DNA from: Eledone cirrhosa
Lineage: Eukaryota
Reading direction: 5' to 3'
Length of the DNA: 64,000 nt
NCBI GenBank assembly: GCA_964016885.1
Contig: OZ024744.1
Location: 8,122,001-8,186,000 of the forward strand
The notes beneath the pieces are model-generated. The model was not told where the DNA came from and ran no database searches. It saw only the letters and a list, made by a program, of their open reading frames with translations. Every line of letters begins with the position of its first letter. The first letter of the stretch is position 1. The position numbers were made by a program, and so were the translations under genes. This document shows, one piece after another, positions 63,401-64,000 of this stretch.

Positions 63401-64000
63401 CACCATACTAGGGTGGTCGATTGGTAGTATAGGTAGAGGGTGTGACACCATACTAGGGTGGTTGATTGGTAGTATAGGTAGAGGATGTGACACCATCGTA
63501 GGGTTATAGATTGGTAGTATTTTTAGAGGAGGTGACACCATACTAGGGTGGTGGATTAGTAGTATAGGTAGAGTGTGTGACACCATACTAGGGTGGTTGA
63601 TTGCTAGTATAGGTAGAGGGTGTGACACCATACTAGTGTGCTGGATTGGTAGTATAGGTAGAGGGTGTGACAGCATACTAGGGTGGTGGATTGACAGTAT
63701 TGGTAGAGGGTGTGACACCATACTAGGGTGGTGGATTAGTAGTATAGGTAGAGGGTGTGACACCATACTAGGGAGGTGGATTGTTAGTATTGGTAGAGGG
63801 TGTGACACCATACTAGGGTGGTGAATTGATAGTATTGGTAGAGGGTGGTGGATTGACAGTATAGGTAGAGGGTGTGACACCATACTAGTGTCGGGGATTG
63901 GTAGTATAGGTAGAGGGTGTAACACCATACTAGGGTGGTGGATTGGTAGTATAGGTAGAGGGTGTGACACCATACTAGGGTGGTGGATTGGTAGTATAGG

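Larger units (their letters stand above)
1..64000. repeat. Tandem satellite array of a 45-bp monomer (about 1,420 copies, head-to-tail, single orientation, extends beyond both window ends)
   Basis: GTGACACCATACTAGGGTGGTGGATTGGTAGTAT(A/T)GGTAGAGGGT recurs every 45 bp from base 1 to 64000, typically with a few substitutions per copy. Consensus composition is G18 A11 T12 C4 (49% GC). Every ORF in the track is a 15-aa periodic translation of this unit. Confidence 0.99.

Noticed and set aside
808-63824. Plus-strand ORFs (CDTILGWWIGSIGRG)n resembling Trp/Gly-rich membrane peptides, and alternative minus-frame (WCHTLYLYYQSTTLV)n ORFs
   Set aside because: These are the same repeat in other frames. 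The plus frame is broken wherever the common TGG>TAG variant occurs, and most starts are alternative codons inside the repeat.
552-63973. Long minus-strand ORFs encoding (MVSHPLPILPIHHPS)n, up to 982 aa, as a His/Pro-rich protein gene family
   Set aside because: They are read-through of a 45-bp repeat whose consensus lacks a stop in that frame. ORF ends are set by sporadic stops and 1-bp indels. There is no unique N- or C-terminal domain, and overlapping frames are equally open.
1-64000. CRISPR array (regular period, partly palindromic repeat)
   Set aside because: There are no unique spacers: the entire 45 bp is repeated and variation is point substitution. No leader or cas genes are present.
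1-64000. Diversity-generating, antigenic-variation cassette or information-storage array
   Set aside because: Variants are inherited in long duplicated blocks as expected for satellite turnover. There is no adenine-specific or confined hypervariable region, and no reverse transcriptase, recombinase or expression locus in the window.
1-64000. True telomere or telomerase-made repeat tract
   Set aside because: TTAGGG occurs only as isolated hexamers in variant monomers. Multi-kb higher-order duplications of variants indicate recombination or replication-based growth rather than templated addition.
1-64000. Assignment to a named satellite family, organism or centromere function
   Set aside because: I do not recognise the monomer and see no diagnostic motif such as a CENP-B box. 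A database search and chromatin data would be needed.
1-64000. Promoter, ribosome-binding or terminator-like motifs (TATA-like GTATAGG, AGAGGG, hairpins), tRNA or rRNA
   Set aside because: These short motifs recur in every monomer with no associated gene, and no structured RNA gene sequence is visible.

Overview
The whole 64 kb window is one uninterrupted head-to-tail tandem array (satellite DNA) of a 45-bp monomer, consensus (+) GTGACACCATACTAGGGTGGTGGATTGGTAGTAT[A/T]GGTAGAGGGT. This gives about 1,420 copies (64000/45), all in the same orientation, and the array runs off both ends. I found no unique sequence, real gene, RNA gene, transposon or CRISPR spacer. The listed ORFs are read-through of the monomer: 45 = 15 codons, and three of the six frames of the consensus lack stops. 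The information lies in the variant pattern. The centre (about 8.7-55 kb) is built from a roughly 11.0-kb (about 245-monomer) higher-order unit, remodelled by tandem duplications and deletions with mappable breakpoints (periods 4813/4723, 3770, 6775/6685 and a near-identical 8942 bp). Related but distinct domains lie on the left (periods 2150 and 5904) and right (periods 2160/2069, 495, 1620). The monomer is strongly G-skewed and has no CpG. It contains two overlapping dyads, one of which is recurrently mutated toward a perfect 18-20 bp palindrome, and its larger indels follow internal microhomologies (9, 18 and 27 bp). I cannot support a novel gene system here, and I cannot assign the organism or chromosomal position (a eukaryotic satellite is an inference). 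All alignments were done by eye and from ORF-track offsets, so breakpoints are approximate.
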